Assembly (NCBI GenBank): GCA_050951325.1
Contig: JBMNIW010000011.1
Location: 32,001-96,000, forward strand
Source: Clostridia bacterium
Lineage (GTDB): Bacteria > Bacillota > Clostridia > UBA1212 > DUPL01
DNA length: 64,000 nucleotides
Direction: 5' to 3'
Part shown: positions 40,091 to 50,235 of the stretch, piece by piece
How the letters are laid out: every line of letters starts with the position of its first letter
Position numbering within the stretch: the first letter of the stretch is position 1
The notes under the pieces: model-generated
What the model was told of the DNA's origin: nothing
The model's input: only the letters and a program-made list of their open reading frames with translations
Database searches by the model: none
Translations under genes and position numbers: made by a program

Positions 40091-41026
40091 TTACTTTTTT
40101 TTCATTGCTTCCATGGTCTTCTTGGCAATAGCTTCTGCATTCAGACCGTATTTTTCAAGCAGAGCAGCAGGTGTGCCAGACTTGCCAAACTTGTCTTCAA
40201 CACCAATTCTCAGAACTCTGCAAGGATAGTTCTCGGAAAGCGCCTCGCACACTGCGCTGCCAAGGCCGCCTACAATGTTGTGCTCTTCAACAGTTACAAC
40301 AAATCCGGTTTCTTTTGCTGCTTTAACAAGAATATCCTTGTCGACAGGCTTGATTGTGTGCATGTCGATTACTCTTGCATTGATTCCATTCTCCTCAAGA
40401 ATCTTAGCTGCTGCCAAGGATTCCTGAACCATGAGTCCTGTCGCCACCAAAGTTACGTCATTTCCTTCCCTAACTTCAATGCCTTTACCAATTTCAAACT
40501 CAAAATTGTCAGGATCATGAACAGCCTCTACAGCAAGTCTTCCAAGCCTTATATATACAGGGCCGTCATGCTCAATAGCCGCCTTGATTGCACGGTTTGT
40601 TTCTATCTCGTCACAGGGGCTAAGTACTACCATGTTTGGAAGAGATCTCATTACTCCCAAGTCTTCAACGCACTGATGGGATGCTCCGTCTTCTCCAACA
40701 GTAAGACCTGCATGGGTTGCCGCCACCTTTACATTCAATTTGGGATAGCAGATGGAGTTTCTAATCTGCTCACACGCTCTTTCCGATGCAAAGATTGCAA
40801 ATGTGCTGGCAAACACTACTTTGCCTGTGGATGCAAGACCTGCTGCAACGCACATAAGGTTGCCTTCTGCAATTCCCATGTTGAAATGTCTTTCAGGATA
40901 AACCTGTCTAAATGTATCTGTTTTAGTTGACTTTGAAAGGTCGGCATCAAGAACAATAATTCTCTCATCCGCACCGTACTGAGCCAACGCCTTGCCATAT
41001 GCTTCTCTAGTCGCTACTTTTGCCAT
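40091..41026 (-). CDS. Transketolase C-terminal subunit
   Basis: ATREAYG, DADLSKST, GIAEGN, GEDGASHQ, VEEH. Confidence 0.93.
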   Translation of the reverse strand: MAKVATREAYGKALAQYGADERIIVLDADLSKSTKTDTFRQVYPERHFNMGIAEGNLMCVAAGLASTGKVVFASTFAIFASERACEQIRNSICYPKLNVKVAATHAGLTVGEDGASHQCVEDLGVMRSLPNMVVLSPCDEIETNRAIKAAIEHDGPVYIRLGRLAVEAVHDPDNFEFEIGKGIEVREGNDVTLVATGLMVQESLAAAKILEENGINARVIDMHTIKPVDKDILVKAAKETGFVVTVEEHNIVGGLGSAVCEALSENYPCRVLRIGVEDKFGKSGTPAALLEKYGLNAEAIAKKTMEAMKKK

Positions 41027-41030
41027 ATTC

Positions 41031-41876
41031 TTAAGCCTCCAATCCTGCCAGGTATTCGTCCAATTCAGCTATAGCTTTGTCTCTCTGCTCCTGGTTAGGC
41101 GCAGTTCCATGCCAGCTGTAGTCGTTCTCCATAAAAGAAACACCCTTACCTTTAATACAATGGCATACGCACATTGTAGGTTGTCCTTTTACTGTTTTAG
41201 CCTTTTCAATAGCTGCCTTGATTTCAGCGTGGTCATGTCCGTCTTCCACAACAATAACATTCCAGCCGAATGCCTTGAACTTGTCAGCTATAGGTTCAGG
41301 ATTCATTACATCTGTAATATTTCCATCTATCTGCAGACCGTTGTAATCAACAAAAGCGGTCAAATTATCGAGTTTGTAATGAGCTGCAGCCATAGCCGCT
41401 TCCCAAACTTGTCCTTCCTGAAGTTCACCATCACCCAATATTGAGTAAACCCTGTAATCCTTGTTGTCAATTTTGCCTGCCAGCGCCATTCCTACTGCTG
41501 TTGAAATGCCCTGTCCAAGAGAACCAGTGGACATGTCAACACCTGGAACATAGCTCATGCTTGGGTGACCCTCGAGATAACTGTCAATTTTACGGAAGGT
41601 CTTCAAATCTTCTTCAGGTAAAAATCCTTTCAATGCAATTGTTGCATAAAGTGCAGGTGCGCAGTGACCTTTTGACAAAACAAAACGGTCTCTGTCCGCC
41701 CACCTCGGATCTTTTGGATTGACCCTCATTTCATCAAAATACAGTACTGTCAATATATCGGTACATGATAATGAACCACCTGGATGACCTGACTTTGCAG
41801 AAAACACTTGCTCAATTATATGTTTTCTGATTCTGGTCGCTGTCTTTTTTAGCTCCAGCGCTTTTTGCTTGTCCAT
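41031..41876 (-). CDS. Transketolase N-terminal (ThDP-binding) subunit
   Basis: SGHPGGSLS, LSKGH, STGSLGQG, GDGELQEG, KGKGVSFME..WHG. Confidence 0.93.
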   Translation of the reverse strand: MDKQKALELKKTATRIRKHIIEQVFSAKSGHPGGSLSCTDILTVLYFDEMRVNPKDPRWADRDRFVLSKGHCAPALYATIALKGFLPEEDLKTFRKIDSYLEGHPSMSYVPGVDMSTGSLGQGISTAVGMALAGKIDNKDYRVYSILGDGELQEGQVWEAAMAAAHYKLDNLTAFVDYNGLQIDGNITDVMNPEPIADKFKAFGWNVIVVEDGHDHAEIKAAIEKAKTVKGQPTMCVCHCIKGKGVSFMENDYSWHGTAPNQEQRDKAIAELDEYLAGLEA

Positions 41877-41900
41877 ATACTACACTCCTTCATAAATAAT

Positions 41901-42350
41901 TTATTTCATATATTTCTCTTCTATGTCGGAAATCATGCCAACTCTTCTTGCATGACGTCCACCCTCATATTCAGCATTAAACCACTCGTCAACAATCATT
42001 TTCGCAAGTTCGGATCCAACAACTCTAGCTCCTATGCACAGAACATTTGAATCGTTGTGCATTTTCGAAAGCTTTGCAGAGAATGGCTCTGAACAACAAC
42101 AAGCCCTTATCCCTTTTACCTTGTTGGCTGCAATGGATACCCCAACTCCGGTTCCGCAAATCAGGATTCCCGCTTCGCATTCGCCGGAAGCAACACTCTT
42201 TGCCAATTCCTCCGCAATCAAGGGATAGTCACTGGCGCTTCTTGACTGTGTGCCAAAATCTTTAACCTCAACACCCTTTTCCTCCAGATGCTTTTTTATT
42301 ATTTCTTTCAAATCAACTCCGGTATGGTCGTTCCCTATAGCGTACACCAA
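41901..42350 (-). CDS. rpiB: Ribose-5-phosphate isomerase B
   Basis: GNDHTG, DYP, CGTGVGVSIAANK, GGRHARR; TTG start after GGAGG. Confidence 0.93.
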   Translation of the reverse strand: MVYAIGNDHTGVDLKEIIKKHLEEKGVEVKDFGTQSRSASDYPLIAEELAKSVASGECEAGILICGTGVGVSIAANKVKGIRACCCSEPFSAKLSKMHNDSNVLCIGARVVGSELAKMIVDEWFNAEYEGGRHARRVGMISDIEEKYMK

Positions 42351-42506
42351 ACACACCTCCTTAAACTAATTCACCAGGCATTATGTTCAAAAACCATGCC
42401 AATTAAAAATTATACACTTTATTTAACTAAAAATCCAGTGTTAAATCCAAATCATGTAACACCAATATATTTTAACACATCCTGGCGTTTTTGGGAAATT
42501 AAAAAA

Positions 42507-42529
42507 AGAAGGGAGGCGATCCCCTTCTT
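42507..42529 (-). terminator. Terminator after ohr
   Basis: AGAAGGG...CCCTTCT hairpin followed by T7 on the minus strand. Confidence 0.65.
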
Positions 42530-42559
42530 CTATATTAAAGCTCTTTCATATCAATATAT

Positions 42560-42985
42560 CTATGACTTAACAACTTCAAGCGTCACTTCCACATTGCCCC
42601 TTGTCGCCTTTGAGTATGGGCAAATCTCATGCGCAAGTTTTACGTACTTCTCAGCCTCTTCCTTGCCGATTCCCTTGACGCTGGCCTGCAAATGCACGGC
42701 AATCTTGAAGCCATTATCCTCAGGATCTTCCAAAAGTGAAACGGAAGCAGCCACCTGTGTTGATTCAAACCTTACCCTGTTCTTTCGAAGCACCAGTTCC
42801 AAAGCTCCGTTGAAGCAGGAACTGTAGCCTGCTGCAAAAAGCTGCTCCGGATTAGTAGCATCAGGATCCTTGCCACCCATCTCAACCGGCGTGGCAACAT
42901 TTACTTCGAATTTACCGTCCGATGAATAAGCCTTGCCGCTTCTACCACCTGTATTCGTAACAACTGCAGTATATAATACTTTCAT
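42560..42985 (-). CDS. ohr: Organic hydroperoxide resistance protein
   Basis: TGGRSG, TNPEQLFAAGYSSCF, AHEICPYSKATRGN. Confidence 0.95.
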   Translation of the reverse strand: MKVLYTAVVTNTGGRSGKAYSSDGKFEVNVATPVEMGGKDPDATNPEQLFAAGYSSCFNGALELVLRKNRVRFESTQVAASVSLLEDPEDNGFKIAVHLQASVKGIGKEEAEKYVKLAHEICPYSKATRGNVEVTLEVVKS

Positions 42986-43067
42986 GTCGTTCTCCTCCTT
43001 TTTCATGCTATAACCTATTATACCATAGTTTTCTGAAAAATTAGATTCATCTAACAATTTTTTTATT

Positions 43068-44117
43068 TCACAAATTCATTATTATCACAACCACCAAATA
43101 GAACACAAACAATATCAGACTTGAGGCAATCAAGAGTTTTGGCATAATTTTCTTCTCCGCAGTCCCAACAAATGCAAACGTAAAGAAAAGGTTAATCGGC
43201 AATATGCCCAGAATACTTAATTTCGATATCAATCCCGCCAAGGCATAAGACATGGTCATATTGGTTACTATTGAAGGAAAAACGGTAAGATACAGACAGA
43301 CAGAAAAGAGATGCGCAAGATGGAAAAGGACAAGATGTCTGTACTTGAAACCAGGGATGCATTTCCTTAACACAAAAAAGCATCCTGCATGCAGGCCAAA
43401 GAAGCCAAAAGCTGCAAGACCAATCAGTATGCGAAAATCAATTTCCTCATTTTTCTCCAGAAGCCCAAGGTCCCACAATACATCATTTCTAATGCTTGAA
43501 GGAAGATACCATGTAATATCCTTTGCAAAATCAAGGTCAACATCATACCTCAGAGTTATATTTTTGTTTGTTACCCTTTCAAGTGTCCTCCCACCATCCA
43601 GATAGAATGAAACAGAGTCTATAGGCACCAAAATTGCCTTGTCCCCAAGTTCTACCTCTAAGCTTTCTTCAACGTCTATTGTCAGTTCGATTTCATCAGG
43701 AGAAGGAAAAGTTGATCTTGCCTCCTTTTTCCCTTCTGAATACACCACCTTCTTTATTCTGTCAATCATCGATATGTAAATCTCATGCAGTTTTAGATCT
43801 TCAATATCATAAGGCGAGGATTCCTCCCGGTTACCTCTTTCATCATATTTATACATGGTACCATCGTAGTAAAAGAACTTTTCCTTTTCAGTGATATCTT
43901 TATATAGAACAAGATTATCAAGCCGGAATATCTCAATATATTGCTCGTCATTTCCAAAGTATAAATAATACCTGCTGCTTTCCTTGTTCTGTTCCAGTTC
44001 TTTTAATACGACACTTTCAGCTTTCACTACTTCTTTTCCTGTAAGTTTAAGCTCTCTACCACACCCGCATAGAAATAACGATATGAGTGCAAGCAGGATT
44101 ATACATATCTTTTTCAT
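43068..44117 (-). CDS. Hypothetical lipoprotein with a C-terminal multi-pass membrane domain
   Basis: Lipobox LCGC; about 4 hydrophobic helices at the C-terminus. Confidence 0.6.
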   Translation of the reverse strand: MKKICIILLALISLFLCGCGRELKLTGKEVVKAESVVLKELEQNKESSRYYLYFGNDEQYIEIFRLDNLVLYKDITEKEKFFYYDGTMYKYDERGNREESSPYDIEDLKLHEIYISMIDRIKKVVYSEGKKEARSTFPSPDEIELTIDVEESLEVELGDKAILVPIDSVSFYLDGGRTLERVTNKNITLRYDVDLDFAKDITWYLPSSIRNDVLWDLGLLEKNEEIDFRILIGLAAFGFFGLHAGCFFVLRKCIPGFKYRHLVLFHLAHLFSVCLYLTVFPSIVTNMTMSYALAGLISKLSILGILPINLFFTFAFVGTAEKKIMPKLLIASSLILFVFYLVVVIIMNL

Positions 44118-44293
44118 AATATTCCCTCGTTCTTAGTCAAATTAGATAAATAATATATGTTAATACATTATCTGTCAACCGAATATTGATGTATTTGAAA
44201 ATGTCTTGATTTTGTTCCCCAGAATACCAATATTGCTTTCCTTTTTTTTTGGTGTTAAAATATGCTCAAAATATTGCATAAGGATGTATTTGA

Positions 44294-45616
44294 TTGAACA
44301 TCAAACGTATAAGAAACAGTAATTTTTTCAGAATATTCAACCTAAAAGATGACCTGGCCAAAGGAAGGACATCCATGCTTGTTTCAAGCATCATTGTCAC
44401 CAGCAACACCTTCCTGACGGCGGGTATTTTTCATACTGCTTTCCTTATTGCAAACGACATCGACATTGTAAAGGTGGGTATTATCTCTTTCATCCCCTTT
44501 TTAGCCAACACCTTCAGTATTTTCTCACCCTTTATCCTGGAGAGATTCGAAAGAAGAAAAGGCATCCTCACCTTAGGCCGCCTTTTGTATTACACGTTGT
44601 ATATACTGGGAGTTACCCTTCTTCCACTGGTTGTAAAGGAGCAGAACGCAAAGGTAATATCTTTTGCCGTTATTGTATTCATCTCAAATGTCATAAACGC
44701 CCTTACAGTAACAGGATACGCAGCCTGGCATGTAAACTTCATACCCAACAAGGTAAGAGCCGACTACATAAGCTATATGCAAACTTTGTCGTACGTGTTT
44801 ACAGGCATTGTATTAATTGCATCCAGTCTGATTGCCGACAAGTTAAGAGGATCTGCATATGAAAATACAGTATTGTTTTCAATACGTATTTTTGCATACA
44901 TAATTGCCATTGTGGATGTGGCTGTACTTTCGCTTCCAAAAGAGTTTCCTTATGCAAAGAAAGCAAAAATAAAGCTCAAGAATGTATTTGCGCTGCCTTT
45001 TTCATACAAACCTTTCATCTACACGATGCTGATAACTTTTTCCTGGACCTTTGTCCAGAACCTTACATATTCCCTGCTCGACTATTATCTCCTCAACGAT
45101 GTAGGAGTTGAATACATATTTATTAATGCGATAAATGCAGGCTATGCCATATTCCTGCTGGTATTCTCAAGATTCTGGAAGAGATTTCTGGCAAAACACA
45201 GCTGGTTCAAAACCTTTGGCATTGCTGCCATAATGTACTCTCCCACCACCTTTTTATACTCCTTTGCAACAAAAGCAACATATATCCCAATAATGTTGGT
45301 AGTAAGGCTGTCACAACACTTTATAGGAGTTGGACTTAACCTCACTTTTGCCAACATGGTGTATGTTAACCTTCCCGAAGAGGACAGGACAAACTACACC
45401 TCCTTTCATCAGTTTGGAGCAAACCTGTCAGCCTTTTTAGGGATGCTAACCGGCACCACTTTCGTTGCAGTAACAAAAAACTTCGTTATTAACTTAGGTA
45501 ACTTTGGCTTTACCAGCGTACAGCAGTTGCTTGTGATTCAATCAATCTGCCAGTTGCTGGTAGCTCTAATGGTATTAAAGCTTTTGCCAAAGGTTGAAGT
45601 TAATAACGAAGATTAG
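44294..45616 (+). CDS. MFS transporter
   Basis: About 12 hydrophobic segments, ERFERRK loop, PNKVRADY and PEEDRTNY half-repeats. Confidence 0.8.
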   Translation: MNIKRIRNSNFFRIFNLKDDLAKGRTSMLVSSIIVTSNTFLTAGIFHTAFLIANDIDIVKVGIISFIPFLANTFSIFSPFILERFERRKGILTLGRLLYYTLYILGVTLLPLVVKEQNAKVISFAVIVFISNVINALTVTGYAAWHVNFIPNKVRADYISYMQTLSYVFTGIVLIASSLIADKLRGSAYENTVLFSIRIFAYIIAIVDVAVLSLPKEFPYAKKAKIKLKNVFALPFSYKPFIYTMLITFSWTFVQNLTYSLLDYYLLNDVGVEYIFINAINAGYAIFLLVFSRFWKRFLAKHSWFKTFGIAAIMYSPTTFLYSFATKATYIPIMLVVRLSQHFIGVGLNLTFANMVYVNLPEEDRTNYTSFHQFGANLSAFLGMLTGTTFVAVTKNFVINLGNFGFTSVQQLLVIQSICQLLVALMVLKLLPKVEVNNED

Positions 45617-46141
45617 TTAATCTTTCGACTCTTTAATTATTCTGCCATCTTTCAAATACAAAAGTCTTTGGTTGGAACTGCCCCTGAACATAAGATTCAG
45701 GCTTTTCTTTTCAATCACAAACGGACCGTCCACCAGGATGTCGGTTAGTTGAAGAAGTTTCCTTCTTGCTTCATTTACCTCTTCACTTTCATCCACACCT
45801 TCTGATATTTCCTCGTAGGTAAACCCCGTATAAGTCATCACCTCAAGACCTCTTTCCCTGGCACCTTTTGCGATCTCGCAACAAGCATCAGGCTGTAGGA
45901 AAGGCTCTCCCCCCGACAGGGTTATACCGTCGAGGAGAGGATTTTCATCCAGCATTTTCAGAATCTTGTCTATTTCAACAATTTTACCTCCATCCAAATC
46001 CCAGGTTTCTTCATTGTGGCATCCCTTGCAGTGCCTTTTGCAACCTTGGGTGAAGACAACAAACCTGAATCCAGGACCGTCCACAATAGACTCTTCTATG
46101 ATTCCTGCTATGCGTATGTATCTATTTTCTTGTGACGTCAT
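45617..46141 (-). CDS. nrdG: Anaerobic ribonucleotide reductase activating protein
   Basis: VDGPGFR, CKRHCKGCHN, SGGEPF, RGSSNQR. Confidence 0.95.
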   Translation of the reverse strand: MTSQENRYIRIAGIIEESIVDGPGFRFVVFTQGCKRHCKGCHNEETWDLDGGKIVEIDKILKMLDENPLLDGITLSGGEPFLQPDACCEIAKGARERGLEVMTYTGFTYEEISEGVDESEEVNEARRKLLQLTDILVDGPFVIEKKSLNLMFRGSSNQRLLYLKDGRIIKESKD

Positions 46142-48479
46142 GTTTAACCCTGTCCCTTACTTCTGCACGCTTCGCATCATTAAACCTGTCAAGAGTTCCT
46201 ACGAGATATCCTGTAATTCTCCTTATTCTCTCCACAGGCACCGTGTCGTCCGTGCATTCCCTATCGCACTTTGGACAAGTGTCGTTAATTATTCCTGTAT
46301 AGCCGCATACCGGATCTCTGTCAACAGGATGATTGATGCTGCCATACCCAATGCCCGCCTCATGCATTGCACGGATGATCTTCATAAAAGCAGCCAGGTT
46401 TTTGGATGGATCACCGTCCAGCTCCACATACGTTATATGGCCTGCATTTGTAAGCTCGTGGTATGGAGCTTCAACCTGTATCTTTTTAAGTGCATTTATT
46501 TTGTAATATACAGGAACATGGAAACTGTTTGTATAGTATTCCTTGTCGGTAATTCCTTCAATAACTCCGTATCTCTTTCTGTCCATTCTCACAAACCTTC
46601 CAGAAAGACCTTCCGCAGGGGTGGCAAGGAGCGTAAAATTCATCTTTCTCTTCTGGCTTTCCGCATCCACTCTGTTTCTCATGTGCCTAATAATCTTAAG
46701 GCCAAGTTCCTGAGCTTCTTCGGATTCTCCGTGATGTTTTCCAATAAGAGCAACCAAAGTCTCGGCAAGTCCTATGAAGCCTACCGAGAGGGTTCCGTGC
46801 TTAAGCACTTCCCTTATCTCGTCTTCATTGGAAAGCTTCTCACTATCAAGCCATACACCCTGACCCATAAGGAAGGGGAAGTTCTTAACCTTTTTCCTTG
46901 CCTGTATTTCAAACCTCTCCATAAGCTGATCTATTACCAGATTCATCAATCTGTCAAGGGAGGCAAAGAACTTGTCAACATCACCCTTTGCTTCTATTGC
47001 AAGTCTTGGCAGGTTTATGGAGGTAAAGCTAAGATTTCCTCTGCGGGCTGAAATCTCCCTTTCAGGGTCATGCACATTTCCAAGGACTCTTGTTCTGCAT
47101 CCCATATATGCAACTTCCGTCTCATAATTTCCAGGCTTATAATATTTGATATTGAAAGGAGCGTCCTGGAACGCAAAATTCGGGAACAGCCTTTTTGCAC
47201 TTACTCTGCAAGCCAGTTCAAACAGATCGTAACTTGGATCCTGCGGGTTGTAGTTGATGCCATCCTTCACTCTGAAAATATGAATCGGGAAGATGGCGGT
47301 CTCACCGTTGCCAAGACCGGCTTCTGTTGCCAGCAATACGTTTTTAATAACCATTCTGCCTTCCGGACTTGTGTCAAGTCCATAGTTGATTGAGCTGAAC
47401 GGGGTTTGCGCACCTGCACGGCTGTTCATGGTATTCAAGTTGTGAATGAGAGCCTCCATGGCCTGGTAGGTGGCATTGTCCGTCTCTTCATGTGCTTTTC
47501 TTGATGCGAACCTCTGGCATCTTGCAATCTCGTCAACTGTAAACAGACCGTACTTGTCCAGAGCATTTGTAAGGTATTTCTGCTCCGCCTCAAAATATGC
47601 CGGATTCGTCTCAAGAGATGGGAACAGCCCCGTTTCCTTTCTTATACTCTCTACACATTCGCGCATAATCGGCTCTGTATCCACCACATTGTCAAGGCTG
47701 AGAAGAAGCTCCAAAGACCTAACCATGTTTGCCCTGTACCTCTTCATGTAAGTCTTCCTGACACCGTCCGCCATTCCATAGTCAAAGTTTACTATGGACT
47801 GTCCGCCATGCTGGTCGTTCTGATTGGACTGAATTGCAATGCATGCAAGCGCTGCATAGGACTGAATATCGTTTGGAGTCCTTAAGTGACCATGTCCCGT
47901 GCTGAATCCATTATCAAACATTGTAATAAGGTCTATCTGACAGCAGGTGGTGGTCAAGGTCAGAAAATCAAGGTCGTGAATATGTATGTCCCCATCCTTG
48001 TGAGCCTGGGAATGCTGAGGTTTAAGAACAAAAAGCTCATAAAAATGCTTTGCTCCTTCGGAACCGTACTTCAGCATGGTTCCCATGGCGGTGTCTCCGT
48101 CAATGTTTGCATTCTCCCTCTTCACATCATTCTCTTTTGCCTCTTTGAACGTAAGGTCGGCAAAAGTGTTCATGAGCCTGTTGTTCATCTCCCTTATTCT
48201 TGTACGCTCCGCCCTGTACAGAATATATTTCTTGGCTATTTCCACATAACCTTTATCCATCAGGACGTACTCAACCTTGTCCTGTATGAACTCAACAGTA
48301 GGCGTATCACCGTTTACTTCTTTATCAATTATATCTACAACACCGGTTGCAAGCTCAAAAGCTTTTTCATAGGAAATGGGATTTGTAGAAGCCTGACCCG
48401 CTTTATATATCGCGTTGATGATTTTTTCTATGTTAAAAGGTACTTCTCTTCCGTCCCTCTTTTTAATTATAGTCAGCAT
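46122..48479 (-). CDS. nrdD: Class III ribonucleoside-triphosphate reductase with ATP cone
   Basis: IKKRDGR ATP cone, HIHDLD, TTCC, MGCRT, TPAEG, YYTNSFH, glycyl-radical motif RITGYL. Confidence 0.97.
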   Translation of the reverse strand: MLTIIKKRDGREVPFNIEKIINAIYKAGQASTNPISYEKAFELATGVVDIIDKEVNGDTPTVEFIQDKVEYVLMDKGYVEIAKKYILYRAERTRIREMNNRLMNTFADLTFKEAKENDVKRENANIDGDTAMGTMLKYGSEGAKHFYELFVLKPQHSQAHKDGDIHIHDLDFLTLTTTCCQIDLITMFDNGFSTGHGHLRTPNDIQSYAALACIAIQSNQNDQHGGQSIVNFDYGMADGVRKTYMKRYRANMVRSLELLLSLDNVVDTEPIMRECVESIRKETGLFPSLETNPAYFEAEQKYLTNALDKYGLFTVDEIARCQRFASRKAHEETDNATYQAMEALIHNLNTMNSRAGAQTPFSSINYGLDTSPEGRMVIKNVLLATEAGLGNGETAIFPIHIFRVKDGINYNPQDPSYDLFELACRVSAKRLFPNFAFQDAPFNIKYYKPGNYETEVAYMGCRTRVLGNVHDPEREISARRGNLSFTSINLPRLAIEAKGDVDKFFASLDRLMNLVIDQLMERFEIQARKKVKNFPFLMGQGVWLDSEKLSNEDEIREVLKHGTLSVGFIGLAETLVALIGKHHGESEEAQELGLKIIRHMRNRVDAESQKRKMNFTLLATPAEGLSGRFVRMDRKRYGVIEGITDKEYYTNSFHVPVYYKINALKKIQVEAPYHELTNAGHITYVELDGDPSKNLAAFMKIIRAMHEAGIGYGSINHPVDRDPVCGYTGIINDTCPKCDRECTDDTVPVERIRRITGYLVGTLDRFNDAKRAEVRDRVKHDVTRK

Positions 48480-48490
48480 AAGCAAGCTCC

Positions 48491-48538
48491 TTTCCATATT
48501 TTGTGTTTAACTATACTAGCATATACAATATATTGTGT
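48491..48538 (-). promoter_or_regulatory. Tandem NrdR boxes
   Basis: ACACAATATATTGTAT (48523-48538) and ACACAAAATATGGAAA (48491-48506), 32 bp apart, overlapping a TTGACA promoter. Confidence 0.8.
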
Positions 48539-48556
48539 CAATACTTTTAACAGAAA

Positions 48557-50211
48557 TTAATTTGTTAATTTTCCAACCGGCAACACATCATGTCTTCCAG
48601 TAACTTTGTTCTTTCCGGAATAGTCAAAAACATAAAACTCTTCTCCGACAAATCTGACAGAATTGACAAAAGACTTGTCCATATTAGCATCCTTTGACAA
48701 CTTCCTTCCCTTCCACAAATACTGAAGAGTCATCGGGGGATAGTTGGATGAATCCGACGCATGGTAGTCAAACAGCATCAGGTGCGCAAACTCATCTTTT
48801 TTCTCAAGAAAATTCAAACTTACAAACTCAAACAGTATGTCATACAGCTCCCTTGACGAAATACTCCTAAAAAGATTGTTTGTCTTTTCAAAATACTCAG
48901 CAATCATCTCATACATGTCAAAAGGAGTATCAAAATATTCGATTAGGTTTCTAAGTGTTTTATAGAACCTGCCTGAATTGTAATACTTTTCGAGTATGAA
49001 CTCAACCCTTTTCAGAGGCAGCCAGGTCGTCGTATGACAGGTATCTGCTTGACAGAATCTCATAAGGTGGATGATTCCGAAAACACATAACCATGTTTTT
49101 CCAGCATATCATTCATCCTGGTTCCAGGAAGCAGCTTCAAAAATCCAAGTTGGAGCTGATGCGAATAAAGAAGGTAGGCCTCATTGAAGGACTTTTTGAA
49201 AATGGCAAGAGTCTCATAAGGAAGCCCTGCAATCAAGTCAACATGCATGTGTATATTCCCCATCCTTGTTATCCTTTCAATATTCTGAAAGCACCTATCA
49301 AGATTAGTCTTTCTTACACTTTCCATCAAAGCTTTTTCATACGTCGACTGTATTCCGGCTTCAAACTGAATTAATCCGGAGGGGGCTTTTGCCAGCAAGT
49401 CAAGAACCTTATCCGTAAACAAATCAGCACCCACTTCAAAGTGAAAATTAATATCCTTATCTTTTGCATTTTCTATGATAAAGGATAATATTTTGTATGC
49501 CCTGTCATTGTCGCAGTTGAAGGTCCTGTCCACAAACTTGACCTGTTTTACCCCAGATTTAATAAAAAAGGACAAGTCATTAAAAACCCTGTCAAGGTCC
49601 AGATATCTGACTCCCCTTTCAACAGAGCTCAAACAATATGCACAGCTGTAAGGACAGCCGCGTGAAGATTCATAATATATTATCCTGTTGTCAAACCTGC
49701 TTATATTTTCCTCGTTGTATATAAAAGGGATGCTTGCAAGATCCTTTATTCTTCCTGTAGCAACCTTCTTTCCATCAACTTGAAACTCAAAAGGAAGTTT
49801 GACATTCTCTTTTTTAACAAGGGAAACCATAAGAGCGTAAAAAGCCCTCTCACCTTCTCCCTGAACCACATAATCATAAACAAGGCTGGTATGCTCCGTG
49901 CCATAACCAACCTCGGGACCTCCTATGATTATTATACATTCAGGGTTTACCTTTTTTATATCCTGCGTCAGCCTCGATACATATGCCACATTCCAGATGT
50001 ACACCGAGAAACCAATAACATCGTATTTATTTGTCAATATATCGTAAAGTACATTTTCATAAACATCATTTACAGTATACTCCTTTATAACTATTTCACC
50101 TATATCAAAACCATACGTTTTCTCAAATTCCCTTGCCTGAGTATAGATGGACCATACAGCAGGGTTTGAGTGTACATATTTTGAGTTGACAGCACAAAGC
50201 AGCGTTCTCAA
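48557..50211 (-). pseudogene. B12-binding radical SAM protein with DUF4080-type C-terminus, split by two +1 insertions at about 49020-49075
   Basis: FSVYIWN, GGPEV, ESSRGCPYSCAYC, FVDRTFN, HVDLIAGLP; removing two single bases restores ...HPPYEILSSRYLSYDDLLPLKRVEFILEKYYNSGRF. Confidence 0.8.
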
Positions 50212-50235
50212 TAAAACAACCTCCAAAAAACTATA

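Noticed and set aside
40082-40930. 282-aa plus-strand ORF
   Set aside because: Antisense shadow of the transketolase gene; no motifs or RBS
45966-47051. 361-aa plus-strand ORF
   Set aside because: Antisense shadow of nrdD/nrdG; the same applies to most short ORF-track entries overlapping called genes
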